From assembly GCA_963677785.2 (NCBI GenBank), contig CAXXDH010000003.1:2255534-2319533 (forward strand): 64,000 bases of DNA, given 5' to 3'. How positions within the stretch are numbered: position 1 is the stretch's first letter; every line of letters starts with the position of its first letter. The DNA comes from Desulfovibrionaceae bacterium. Its GTDB lineage: Bacteria; Desulfobacterota; Desulfovibrionia; Desulfovibrionales; Desulfovibrionaceae. The translations under genes were made by a program, and so were the position numbers. The notes beneath the pieces are model-generated. The model worked only from the letters and a program-made list of their open reading frames with translations, was not told the origin of the DNA and ran no database searches. Positions 9,499 to 19,987 of the stretch are shown here, piece after piece.

Positions 9499-9558
9499 TA
9501 TTTGTTTAAGAAATAGTATTGGGTCAGAAACGTACGCTGGCGGCAGACATTTTTTTCA

Positions 9559-10524
9559 ATGGCAAATATACCCACTACGGAAAAACTGGGTGTTTTTTCA
9601 CGCCTTGAAACCGTGAGCATGCATGCAATGGCTTCCACGAGTATCTTTGGGGAAAAGGAACGGACCATCGCGATACGTCCGGGGCTGGAGATTCTGTTCG
9701 GGGATTTTCGGTTGGTGGAGCCGCGTCAATTTCATTTCAAGACCAGCGGGGATACATGCCACTTCGCCTTTGTCCTGTCCGGCATGATCGTAAATCGATT
9801 GTCCTGTCTGGCTGAGGATATCGTGGTGACGCCAAGGCAGGCTGCTTTCTGGCTTACCCCGGAGGTATACGCGGTTCATGATTGCAATGCTGATGAGGAC
9901 ATCCGGTTCATCTGCATCCGCATGCGGCGCAGCATGCTTGCGGAGATTGTCAGAGACGATCTGGACAGGCTGCCTGCGCAGGTTCGCGTTCTTCTGGAAC
10001 AACGTGATGACGGCATCTATTACAGTTGTTCAACCATGAGCGACCAGATGCTGCACGTGGCGCAGGAGTTCTTCGAGTGCCCCTATCAGGGGGCCACGGA
10101 AAAGCTGTTTCTGGAGGCAAAGGCGCTGGAATTGGCGTCCCACTTTATGGCCGGCATCCTGAATCCGGACTGGAGCGCGGACGCATGCAAGGAGCGGTCT
10201 GGAGATGAACGTATACAGCATGCGCAGCGCATTTTGCTGGATTCCATGGCGCAGCCTCCTTCTCTGTCCGAACTGGCCAGAATGACTGGGCTGAGTGAAG
10301 CGAGCCTGACTCGAGGGTTCCGCAAGGCCACAGGCATGTCGCCCTTTGCCTTTCTCAGGATTCAACGGCTGGAAAAAGCCCGGACGCTCCTCGAATCCAC
10401 TACCATGAACATCACTGAAGTCGCTTATTTTGTAGGTTTTTCCAACCCCAGCCACCTCACTCGCCTGTTCAACGAACGTTTCAAGATGACCCCTGGCGCT
10501 TACCGCCAGGCGCATCACTCCTAG
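9559..10524 (+). CDS. AraC-family transcriptional regulator
   Basis: 321 aa. C-terminal double HTH (SLSELARMTGLSEASLTRGFRKATGMSPFAFLRIQRLEKAR...GFSNPSHLTRLFNERFKMTPGAYR). Confidence 0.85.
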   Translation: MANIPTTEKLGVFSRLETVSMHAMASTSIFGEKERTIAIRPGLEILFGDFRLVEPRQFHFKTSGDTCHFAFVLSGMIVNRLSCLAEDIVVTPRQAAFWLTPEVYAVHDCNADEDIRFICIRMRRSMLAEIVRDDLDRLPAQVRVLLEQRDDGIYYSCSTMSDQMLHVAQEFFECPYQGATEKLFLEAKALELASHFMAGILNPDWSADACKERSGDERIQHAQRILLDSMAQPPSLSELARMTGLSEASLTRGFRKATGMSPFAFLRIQRLEKARTLLESTTMNITEVAYFVGFSNPSHLTRLFNERFKMTPGAYRQAHHS

Positions 10525-10744
10525 CATCACCCTCATTTTCGCCTTTTCCAATTAAGCGTTTACTTTTTTCACACCGTCTATTTGAGCGGCAGATGCAAAA
10601 GAATGAACGGGAGGTATTAGCATAAATCCGCTCCCCGATGCAGGCTTTGTTCGCACCCGCGCAGTGTTTCGCGAATTCCTTGTTCCGAATTGGGCATGAG
10701 GCGAAAGCGAGCGGGCACGTTTATCGTTTGAAAGGAGAGCAAAA

Positions 10745-11842
10745 ATGAGCACGAACAATACGGATGAAAGAACAATGAGACGGCGGAGTTTCATGCGACA
10801 TCTGCTTGGAGCATCCGGGCTGGTGGTCGGAAGTGGCGCCTGGAACCTGGCTAACGGCTTCGAATGTGATTCCAGATGTGAAATAGGCGAAGTTCGCAGC
10901 GTCAAAGTCACCTGCGTCTCGGAAACGGGATGGTTTGATACCAGCATACTCTGGGATGATGTTCAGCGTGCGGGCGGTCTCCAAACCAATCAGTATGACA
11001 TCCCGTACGCGGAAGACAACCTTGGGGGATTCTGCGCCCTTATCGACGTGGAAGCCCTTGATGGCGAGCATACGCTGTATTTGCTGGATAGCGGATGGAG
11101 CGTCGCCTGGATGGACCACGCCTTTGAAAAGGCTGGAGTGGACGCCTTGCTGCGATCAGGCGCCATCAAGACCTTGATTGTCTCGCATGATCACAACGAC
11201 CATTTTTTTGGCATTGAGAGCACGCTGAAACGTGCGCCGGACATTACCATCTACCATCCTGAGACGATACAGAAAAAGAGTTTGCAAGTCCTGGACGGGG
11301 TGGATTTTTCTGCTCCTCCGGGGTGCCCGAAAAACAGAATCCCGCACCTGGGAACACGTATCCCCACACGCTTTGGCGAATTGTACGTCCCGCAGCCAGG
11401 GATGGCCGTGACACCCTTCGACGTGAAGATGCCGCTCGGCGTACGCGGCGAAAACGTCATGTATCTCAACGTGAAAGACAAAGGCTTCGTTGTTATCACC
11501 GGGTGCGGGCATCCTGGTCTTTCCCGCATCCTGGCCTATCCCGTCACCCATTTTAAGGATGGAGAAAAATTATACGGTTGCTATGGCGGTCTGCACATTG
11601 CTCCGCTGGAAAAATGGGAGTCGCGTATGCAGGAAAGCATCACGCTGCTGCAACAGGCGGGGTTGCAAAAAATCGCCTGCAACCATTGCACGGGCAGAGT
11701 GTGGGGAGAACACGCGGCGAAGCAAGGGCTGTCGGTGGTACGGGGAACCGAAAACTATCGTTCCTATACGAAAGTCGCAGCGCTGGGCAAGGATGCCGAC
11801 GCGACGTTGTATATCGGGAATGGCGATTCAGTCCGCTTTTAG
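10745..11842 (+). CDS. Tat-exported metallo-beta-lactamase-fold hydrolase
   Basis: 365 aa. Twin-arginine signal MRRRSFMRHLLGASGLVVGSGA, H-x-H-x-D-H motif VSHDHNDHF, and a GGAG-type RBS upstream. Confidence 0.8.
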   Translation: MSTNNTDERTMRRRSFMRHLLGASGLVVGSGAWNLANGFECDSRCEIGEVRSVKVTCVSETGWFDTSILWDDVQRAGGLQTNQYDIPYAEDNLGGFCALIDVEALDGEHTLYLLDSGWSVAWMDHAFEKAGVDALLRSGAIKTLIVSHDHNDHFFGIESTLKRAPDITIYHPETIQKKSLQVLDGVDFSAPPGCPKNRIPHLGTRIPTRFGELYVPQPGMAVTPFDVKMPLGVRGENVMYLNVKDKGFVVITGCGHPGLSRILAYPVTHFKDGEKLYGCYGGLHIAPLEKWESRMQESITLLQQAGLQKIACNHCTGRVWGEHAAKQGLSVVRGTENYRSYTKVAALGKDADATLYIGNGDSVRF

Positions 11843-11877
11843 CGCGTGTTTCCTGTGAAGACAGACAAGGAGTAGAT

Positions 11878-13086
11878 ATGTCTCGGCAAAAAATCATCGT
11901 CGGCTTTGCTTCGCTGGTGCAGTTTGTCAACATGGTGGATTTTATGATGGTGATGCCGCTCGGGCCCGATATTGCGCGGGCGCTACCGGTAAGCAACTCT
12001 GACATTGGGACGATCTGCGGGTGCTATACGCTTGCCATTGCCGTGTCGGGTTTTCTTCTGGCAGGCTTTCTGGACAGGTTTGATCGCAAGAACGTGGCCA
12101 TTGCCTCGGTTGCCGGCTTGAGCCTTGCCACGCTTGCCGCGGCATTTTGCACCGGGCTATACAGCTTGATCGGCGCCCGCGTGCTGGCCGGCGCGTTTGG
12201 CGGGCCTGCGGCGGCCATTGCCCTGACCATGGCCACGGAAGCCGTTTCCAGCGAACACAGGGGCAAGGCTGTGGCCGCGGTCATGGGCGCTTTTTCGGTC
12301 TCGTCCGTGGTGGCCGTTCCTTTTGGGCTGGAACTCGCGCGTATCGGGGACTGGAGATCCCCTTTTTTCGCAATTTCCGGTTTGGGAGCAGCCGTCGTAG
12401 CGGGCATCATCCTGTTCACCCCGCCCATGAGGGCGCACCTTTCAGATCCAAAGCATCCGCCGATTACGTCCTCGCCCGTGAAGACCCTCTGGCTCGTGCT
12501 TGGGGAAAAAAGGAAACGGATGGCTTTGTTGATGATGGGCTCCTCAATGTTTTCCTCTTTTTTGATCATCCCCGCCATAGCCGCATTCTTTCAGTACAAC
12601 AGGAACTTCCCCAGGGCGGATCTGGGGCTTTTGTACATGGTTGGCGGCGTTATCAGCCTGGTGATGATTCAATTGGGAGGACGGCTTTCAGACCGCATCG
12701 GGCCCGTATCCATCAACATTGCGGGTACGGCGCTGCTGATCGTTTTTACCGCCGACGGCTTCATGCATCCCAATACGAGTCCGCTGGTCGTCGTCTTCGT
12801 CATGTTTATGGGTATGGCGTGCCTGCGCAATGTGTCCGCCACATCCGAGGCGGCGAAGATACCCGCACGGCACGAACGCGCTGCCTTCATGTCGCTTCTT
12901 TCCTCGGTGCAGCATATGGGCAATGGCCTGGGAGGGGTCGTGTCCTCATGCATCCTGGCCACCACCGCCGGCGGAGCCTTGGTCGGAATGGAACTGGTTG
13001 CGGGGCTATCCATTCTGGCCGCCCTGGTGCAACCGTATCTTTTGATGTATTTGTTCAGAAGCGCCCCAAAGGTGGTTGCTGCTTAA
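11878..13086 (+). CDS. MFS transporter
   Basis: ORF 11578..13086 trimmed to the ATG at 11878 (MSRQKIIVGFASLVQ...). The first 100 codons overlap the MBL gene. About 12 hydrophobic segments. Confidence 0.8.
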   Translation: MSRQKIIVGFASLVQFVNMVDFMMVMPLGPDIARALPVSNSDIGTICGCYTLAIAVSGFLLAGFLDRFDRKNVAIASVAGLSLATLAAAFCTGLYSLIGARVLAGAFGGPAAAIALTMATEAVSSEHRGKAVAAVMGAFSVSSVVAVPFGLELARIGDWRSPFFAISGLGAAVVAGIILFTPPMRAHLSDPKHPPITSSPVKTLWLVLGEKRKRMALLMMGSSMFSSFLIIPAIAAFFQYNRNFPRADLGLLYMVGGVISLVMIQLGGRLSDRIGPVSINIAGTALLIVFTADGFMHPNTSPLVVVFVMFMGMACLRNVSATSEAAKIPARHERAAFMSLLSSVQHMGNGLGGVVSSCILATTAGGALVGMELVAGLSILAALVQPYLLMYLFRSAPKVVAA

Positions 13087-13227
13087 TAAAAGAGGAAGAA
13101 GGCCACGTTCTCTCATCAGAAAGCGTGGCCTCCCTTTGCAAATTTTTACACGACTTGGAAAAGCTGGTGTTGCTGGGTGGGATCTCCGTCGACCATAGGA
13201 CCATTCAGCACTGGATGCAGAGAGATG

Positions 13228-14856
13228 CTAGGGCTTGTCACGCTTGGCATTTTGCATTTTCAACAGGTTGGTCATGTTTTGCCAATTTTGTCGCGCTTCC
13301 GTGTTTTTGGGATCCAATTCCAGAGTATAGGCAAATTCCTTGAGAGCCTCCCGCACACGGCCCATTTTATATAAAAGAAAGCCGTTCAAATTTCGAAGTT
13401 CGGAATCCTCGGGGAATTTTTCAAGAGCCAGGGCCATTGCTTTTGCCGCCGCATCGTATTCGCCCATAGTTATATGCATCTTGATCACGTGCCAATGATT
13501 GATAGCTTTTCCGGGGTGATCGTCGAGCACGATACCGTACTGTTCCATGGCCTTATTATACAACCCAACCTTGGTATAAGCCTTGGCCAGTATTTTTCTG
13601 GCAATAAAGTTGTCTTCCATCACACTGGCGGAGTGCTGGAACAGGATGAATGTGTTTCGCCAGAGAATTACCTGGTGGCGCGTAAGCAACGTCAGACAAA
13701 ATAATGGCACAATGAGCAAGATTATTGCCGCGAAATTACGTCGGGAAACATCTGTGATTTTCTGTAGCAAGTCGCCTGCCCCCCAAACCAGGGCCACATA
13801 TACCCCTATGAACGGCAGGTAGGCATAGCGATCGGCCATTGACTGCGAGCCGACTTGTACGATGCCGATCATGGGCAGCATGGCCACTAAATACCAGAAC
13901 CAGCCTACGATGAGATACCTGGCCCTGCGTTTTAAAATAAGCACGCCTGTGCTTATACCACCGAGTACCACCAGTGCCCCAATCGGTTTCCACAAAGGGA
14001 GATTCAGCTTAAGCGGATAAATAGGTGCGAGCCCCAAAGGGACCACAAGTTTCCAAAGATAGAGGACATACGAAGACAGCACGTTTGCCAGGCGCATGCT
14101 AGGATCATAGTTTTCAAGGTTCGCCATGGCGCCTTCCACGTGCTGGGCCACCATGGTCAAAATGCATGAGCCAAAAACCATAAGAAAAAAAGGGAGTTTT
14201 TCCCAAAAAAGCCGTTTGTTTTCTCTGAAAAAGCATCCCGGCGTCGACAGGTGTATCCGGTCGAGGGGCCAATAATCCAACAACAGCATGAGCAGCGGCA
14301 GGGATACCAGCAGGGGTTTGCTCATCAAGCCCGAAAGCAGCAATGCCAGGGCGGCTACATACCATCCAATGCCGCCTTTTTTTGTATAAAGTACGTACGC
14401 TTGCAGAGTCAGCAATCCGAAGAACATGCTCAGAACGTCTTTGCGTTCCGCGATCCAGGCCACAGATTCCACATGCAAGGGGTGCACGGCGAAGAACGCG
14501 GCCACGGCGAAAGCACGTATGGGGGCGCCGGTCATGGAGCAAAGCAAACCAAAAAGCAGCAATACATTGGCCGTGTGCAATAGCAAATTCACAAAATGAT
14601 GCCAGATTGGGTCTAGATTGCCGAATTCAACCACTGCCATATGCGAAAGCCAGGTCAGAGGAATCCAGTTGGCATCTTCGAAATTGGAAAAGGCCCAGTA
14701 CATGCTCTCAAGAGATAATCCGTTGCGTACGTAAGCGTTGTCTGAAATATACAGGTGGTCATCGTACATGACATAATCATTAAAGATCACGCCACCATGG
14801 GCCAGCAGTACGAGAACCAGGAGGCAGAGCAGGAGTAAAAATTTCTTTTGCGTCAT
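13228..14856 (-). CDS. membrane glycosyltransferase-39/PMT-like protein with C-terminal TPR repeats
   Basis: ORF 13228..14919. The ATG at 14856 (MTQKKFLLLLCLL...) is preferred over the TTG at 14919. Multi-TM N-terminal two-thirds and TPR-like C-terminus (KAYTKVGLYNKAMEQYG..., MGRVREALKEFAYTLELDPKN). Confidence 0.7.
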   Translation of the reverse strand: MTQKKFLLLLCLLVLVLLAHGGVIFNDYVMYDDHLYISDNAYVRNGLSLESMYWAFSNFEDANWIPLTWLSHMAVVEFGNLDPIWHHFVNLLLHTANVLLLFGLLCSMTGAPIRAFAVAAFFAVHPLHVESVAWIAERKDVLSMFFGLLTLQAYVLYTKKGGIGWYVAALALLLSGLMSKPLLVSLPLLMLLLDYWPLDRIHLSTPGCFFRENKRLFWEKLPFFLMVFGSCILTMVAQHVEGAMANLENYDPSMRLANVLSSYVLYLWKLVVPLGLAPIYPLKLNLPLWKPIGALVVLGGISTGVLILKRRARYLIVGWFWYLVAMLPMIGIVQVGSQSMADRYAYLPFIGVYVALVWGAGDLLQKITDVSRRNFAAIILLIVPLFCLTLLTRHQVILWRNTFILFQHSASVMEDNFIARKILAKAYTKVGLYNKAMEQYGIVLDDHPGKAINHWHVIKMHITMGEYDAAAKAMALALEKFPEDSELRNLNGFLLYKMGRVREALKEFAYTLELDPKNTEARQNWQNMTNLLKMQNAKRDKP

Positions 14857-15371
14857 AGGAGTATTATTGTCAGTTAAAGGAATAGACCGCAACAGGGGAT
14901 TTATCCGATTCTGTTGCAAAGATTACCGGGAACACGAAGTCTTTAACATTTCGCTGGTCCCGTCAGCCATAAGAACGACCACGCCACAGACGGGGGTAAG
15001 TGATGATAGCCGCGTTGGAGCGGGCTGGTAAGGTTTTTCCGTTCCATCAGTAACAGGAAGTCACTTCGATACATGTCGCATTCGCCCTTATTCTACCCAA
15101 GTTAGGCAGCCAAGCTTCGGTCTTCATGCCTCAGAAAGACAGAGTATAGCAAGTTTCGGATACTTGCAGCAGCCCCTTCCCGGACCTGTCACTTTGCCGG
15201 CCGGCCAAAAACAGATGTGACACCCTGAGTGACTGGTATGGTTGCAGCATTGTGTAAAATTACGTAACTCTGCATTATCATTTGCTTTTTACGGGGGCAG
15301 ATTATATTCGGGCAAGAGGGATTTTGCCATTGAAATGCCCTGGGGAGAGTGCTGCGTAAGGGAAAGGGATA

Positions 15372-17995
15372 GTGGAAGAAAAACCGGATACTCCTCAAAA
15401 AGTCCTGCTCATTGGTTGGGACGGCGCTGACTGGAATATCATTGCTCCACTGCTCAACGCGGGCAAATTGCCCCACCTGGCCGGTTTGCTGCAGAACGGG
15501 GTTAGGGGAAACATTGCCACCTTGTATCCCGCACTTTCGCCCATGTTGTGGACCTCCGTCGCCACGGCCAGCGTCCTTTCCGTCACGGCGTGCTCGGGTT
15601 CAAAGAGCCTGACCGAAATACGGGCTTTGTCCGGCCGGTTTCCGTGCTGTCCCGCAAAACAAAGGCCGTCTGGAACATTCTGAACCAGAATGACAAAAAA
15701 TCCGTGGTAGTGGGCTGGTGGGCTACGCATCCGGCCGAGCCCGTCAACGGTGTGATGGTCTCGGACCGTTACTCCCATGCGCACGCGCCTTTGGGCCAAC
15801 CCTGGCCCATGCGTCCGGGCACCGTGCATCCGCGAAGGCTGGCCAGCAAGCTGCTGCGGCTGCGGCAGCATCCGCAGCAGGTCGATCCTGGGCTGATGCA
15901 GGAGTTTGTCGGGCAGCAGGCGATTGACCATGATGAGGATCAGCGCGTTGGGATTCTGGCCAGGATCATTTTCGAGTGTACGTTCATCTGCAATGTGGCC
16001 CAGGACCTTCTCCATCATAAACCCTGGGATTTTGCGGCCGTAATTTTTGACTCTCTCGACCATTTCAGCCATTGCTTCATGTAATATTATCCGTACCGGC
16101 TTTCCTGGGTCAATGCTGCGGAATTCGGTCGTTTCAACAAGGTCATCGACAATACCTACATCTATCACGACAGGTTGCTCGGTCGCCTGTTGGCTGAAAT
16201 CGACGCGGATACCACGGTTATCCTGGTTGCCGACCACGGTTTTCATTCCGGGCCACTGCGGCCGCAATACTTGCCCAGCGAGCCGGCCGGACCTGTGCAG
16301 CAGCAACGTCATTTCGGCATTTTCACGGCTAAGGGACCGGACATCAAAAAAGCACGAAATCATCTCCGGCGTCAGCCTGCTGGATGTTTGTCCGACCATT
16401 TTGACGCTCTATGGATTGCCTGTGGCCGAGGATATGGACGGCAAACCCCTGTTGGATATTTTTTAGGAACCTCCCGAGCTGCGTACCATTCCTTCCTGGG
16501 AGGAGGTTCCCGGCGATGACGGCAGTCATTCCGCAGATACGCGTGTGGATTCCGTGGGAGCTGTCGAGGTTCTGCGCCAGCTCGTGGCCTTGGGCTACAT
16601 TGAGGTCCTCCCGGCGGACAGGCAAAAAGCCCTTGACGATACGGTCGACGAGTTGACCTGCAATCTGGCCTGTTCCTACATGGACGCCTTGCGTTATGCC
16701 GAGGCCGTGCCTTATCTGGAAAAACTCTGCGCCCGGAATCCTGAAAATTATCAATTTGCTCACGCCCTGGCCGACTGCTGCTTTGCCCTGGGCCGGATCA
16801 CATGGGCCAGACAGCTGGTGGACAAGCTCATTGAAGCCCGGACGCAAAACCGCATCAGGGCCGAAAAGAAATGGAAAAACTGCAAGACCAACACAGAGAC
16901 GGCCTGAAGCAGACGGACGTTGGTGAGCACGAACGCTTGCAAGCGCGAATGCGTATGCTGCGCTATGGAATAACCATGCACACCTATGCGTTCGAATATC
17001 TGACGGGCTGCATCTGTCATGAAGAAGGTCGGCACGAACAGGCTCTGGAGCACCTGTTAAAGGCCGGTAATGCGGATAATATGCAGGTTTTTCTTTTTCT
17101 GAAACTGTGGGAAGTGCATCTGCGTATCGGGCATGACACCGAAGCCCGGCAGGCCTTTGAGCAGATTTTGGAACTGGATCTTGACAATGCTTAGGCCTGG
17201 CATGGCCTGGCGCGCGTATATTTGCGCAGCAGGCAAAATCAGGAGGCGGCCGCAGCCGCGGATCATTCCGTAGGTTTGATTTTTCTCAATCCCAGCGCCC
17301 ACTTACCCCTGGCCCGTGCGCGTATCCGGCTGGGCGAGATTTCCAGGGCCGTAGATGCTTTGAAGCTGGCCACGGCGCAGACTCCCGACTATACGCGAGC
17401 CTGGTCTCTGCTGGCTTTATTGTACAGAAAATTTCTCAACGATCCGGCGCGAGCTATGGAATGCCGGCAACGCGCACGGGAAGCCGCAAAACGGGTCAAG
17501 GCCATCCGAAACAACGATTGCTGGAGTGAAGACCAAAACGAACTGCAGGAAAGCGCGACACCTACCCCGGAGTCATCCCGTGACGCCTCTCTGGCCGAAG
17601 CCCTTTTTTCCGGCAGCCTTGATGCTCCCATTGACGCTCCCCCCGACGTTTCTATTGATCTGCAACAAACGGCCGTGATTGTATCAGGGCTGCCCCGTTC
17701 GGGGACGTCCATGATGATGCAGACTCTCGAAGCCGGAGGGCTGCCGGTGCTCAGCGACAAGCAGCGCCTGCCGGATACGTCCTATCGCGTCATTCTCATG
17801 CAACGCGCGTTGGATGAGGTGCTTGCTTCACAACAGGCCATGCTGCGGCAAGAACAAAAAAAGGGAGCCGCTCTTTCGGACAAGGAGCTGGCGGCGGTCT
17901 ACCGCAGGCAGATGCAGCAGGGCAAAAACAGCTCGTTGACCAAAGAAGTCCTTTTCTCATCGTCAACTATAATCACACCGGACGCGATCCCGTGA
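15372..17995 (+). pseudogene. decayed phosphodiesterase/alkaline-phosphatase-family - TPR - sulfotransferase multidomain gene
   Basis: Six consecutive ORF pieces read as one protein. They are interrupted by three frame changes (near 15580 in a G run, 16345-16350 in an A6 run, and about 16870 in an A run). There are also three in-frame stops (TAA 16082-16084, TAG 16464-16466, TAG 17192-17194). N-terminal [14 protein letters not shown]..., middle TPR repeats, C-terminal P-loop-like VSGLPRSGTSMM of sulfotransferases. Confidence 0.7.
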
Positions 17996-18186
17996 CTACG
18001 GCGAAAAGAGTCAGCGTGTTCCTGGGGAACGCACTCGATGTGCTACAGGCCGCTTCCATGGTGGATGCCGCATTGTACAGACAGCGCAAACAGGGACTGG
18101 TTTGAAAAAAGAGCCCCCCAGTTCAATGCAAGGACGCGGCTACGGACCTTCTGTTGGCTTCAGTACACTTTTGATAAGGTATTTTC

Positions 18187-18825
18187 CTAAGAAAAGGGCG
18201 AAAAACACCCGCCGCAGCGATCACACCACTGGACTCCAGTCCGCTTATCGTGAATATGCTTGTCAATGAGATCAGCAGTCTTCTCAGGGGCGTCTTCCAT
18301 AGTAAAAACAGCACCAAAGGTTTCACTCTGTATCTGATGGCGGCCTGGTGCAATTGCGGCAGCAGGTAAATCCACTGCTTCCACTGCAGCCCGTTGTGCC
18401 AGGTCGTTGTAGAATTCGAGGATATCGGGATTGTCCAGAGTGCTGTCAATATATAAAACCGGCTGTATGCCTATGAAATCGCAGAATTCGGCAAGTCCGT
18501 CGCCCGCTTTTTTAAAGACATTCGCTCCGGTCATTTCAGCTTTGCTTAAATTTTCGGTCTCAGAGCGGAATATTGTCACCAGGATGTCACGATTGATCAG
18601 TTCCTGAGTCAATTGTATATGCGCGGAATCGTCCTTGCTTCCGGAGTTCGGAGGATCCACAATGCTAACTACGCCGCGGACTCTTCCAAACTTGAGCAGT
18701 TTGACGAACATATCTATGGAGTCGTTTAGGGTCTCCCAGGAAGTCGTATCCAATACGTTCGGGGTCGTATTGGGAGACAGTCCGCTATTTTCAGTGGAAA
18801 GGGCTGTTTGTACATTTTTGTTCAT
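18187..18825 (-). CDS. hypothetical protein
   Basis: ORF 18187..18891 trimmed to the ATG at 18825 (MNKNVQT...), which has AGGAGA 6 nt upstream. No family recognised. Lower GC than its neighbours. Confidence 0.5.
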   Translation of the reverse strand: MNKNVQTALSTENSGLSPNTTPNVLDTTSWETLNDSIDMFVKLLKFGRVRGVVSIVDPPNSGSKDDSAHIQLTQELINRDILVTIFRSETENLSKAEMTGANVFKKAGDGLAEFCDFIGIQPVLYIDSTLDNPDILEFYNDLAQRAAVEAVDLPAAAIAPGRHQIQSETFGAVFTMEDAPEKTADLIDKHIHDKRTGVQWCDRCGGCFSPFS

Positions 18826-19084
18826 AGCTTTCTCCTGATGGTTCCAACGTATTGTCGATCTATTGTAGTATACGTGTTGGAAACGTATCAATAAGATACT
18901 AAAGAGGTCCTGATCCGTCTGTCAGCTGGCTGACAAAAAAGAGAACTGCTGCAGCGTATGGATAATTGCAAGCATAATATGCTGGCATCATGAAATAAGC
19001 TGATTTTACAGGGTTCTCCAGTTAAAAACTGCTTCCTCTCACGACTTTCCGTGATTTGTCAATTTTGTTTATTTTGAAAGGGCT

Positions 19085-19385
19085 ATGTTCAGAAAGTTCT
19101 CCATCACGAGTCAGATGATTTTTCTTGTGGCGTTTATTGCCGTGTTCTCTCTTGGAATAGGCATTGCCTTTTCCTTGTGCTAGCGGTCGAGAAGGAAGCG
19201 TTCAAGGAACTTGAGGAGGTAATGAACCGGGGGTACGAGCGCTCTCTCAAACTTGGGGTGGAATCCTTCGCCTCGCAGCTCAGCAAAGTGTACGAAGAGG
19301 CCAAGGCCAACGGCGAAGATGCCGAGCTTGCCGAAAAAACCATTTGCGCCACCATTGATGGCGCAAATGGCCAAATTGAGCGACC
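19085..19385 (+). pseudogene. chemoreceptor-like N-terminal gene fragment (copy 1)
   Basis: MFRKFSITSQMIFLVAFIAVFSLGIGIAFSLC then a stop. The reading continues in another frame as LAVEKEAFKELEEVMNRGYERSLKLGVESFASQL... This is a TM helix plus the start of a periplasmic sensor, with no HAMP or signalling domain after it. Confidence 0.4.
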
Positions 19386-19632
19386 TTATCCGGGATTTGA
19401 AGTCGGCAAACTGAAATACCGTATTGCCGGCCGCGCAGATCATTCGTCCGGAGCGCCGTCGTCCGTCTGTCAGCTGGCTGACAAAAAAGAGAACTGCTGC
19501 AGCGTATGGATAATTGCAAGCATAATATGCTGGCATCATGAAATAAGCTGATTTTACAGGGTTCTCCAGTTAAAAACTGCTTCCTCTCACGGCTTTCCGT
19601 GATTTGTCAATTTTGTTTATTTTGAAAGGGCT

Positions 19633-19922
19633 ATGTTCAGAAAGTTCTCCATCACGAGTCAGATGATTTTTCTTGTGGCGTTTATTGCCGTGTTCTCTCT
19701 TGGAATAGGCATTGCCTTTTCCTTGTGCTAGCGGTCGTGAAGGAAGCGTTCAAGGAACTTGAGGGGGTAAGGAACAAAGGGTACGAGTGGTCGCTTAAGC
19801 TTGGCATCGAATCCTTCGCCTCGCAGCTCTGCAAAGTGTACGAAGAGGCCAAGGCCAACGGCGAAGATGCCGAGCTTGCCGAAAAAACCATTTGCGCCGC
19901 CATTGATGGCGCAAATGGCTAA
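19633..19922 (+). pseudogene. chemoreceptor-like N-terminal gene fragment (copy 2)
   Basis: Same fragment 548 bp downstream with the same frameshift, and a TAA at 19920-19922 where copy 1 has CAA. Confidence 0.4.
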
Positions 19923-19987
19923 ATTGAGCGACCTTATCCGGGATTTGAAGTCGGCAAACTGAAATACCGTATTGCCGGCCGCGCAGA

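Noticed and set aside
11578-11877. N-terminal 100 codons of the 502-aa ORF that would extend the MFS transporter into the MBL gene.
   Set aside because: The extension overlaps the MBL hydrolase CDS in another frame and is Arg/Gly-rich. The ATG at 11878 immediately precedes the first TM helix.
14920-15371. 450-bp ORF-free gap. On the minus strand it has a caggtccgggaaggggctgctgc segment resembling SRP RNA helix 8, plus several small hairpins.
   Set aside because: The 3' side lacks the conserved A-G-C-A asymmetric-loop nucleotides, and the surrounding sequence does not fold into an SRP-like long helix by eye. No other known RNA family was recognised. It is left unannotated, probably promoter and leader DNA for the divergent genes.
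15395-16399. 334-aa minus-strand ORF across the decayed phosphodiesterase gene.
   Set aside because: The plus-strand fragments carry the recognisable domain motifs, and the minus-strand product has none. It is probably a GC-bias artefact that looks long only because the true gene is broken into pieces.
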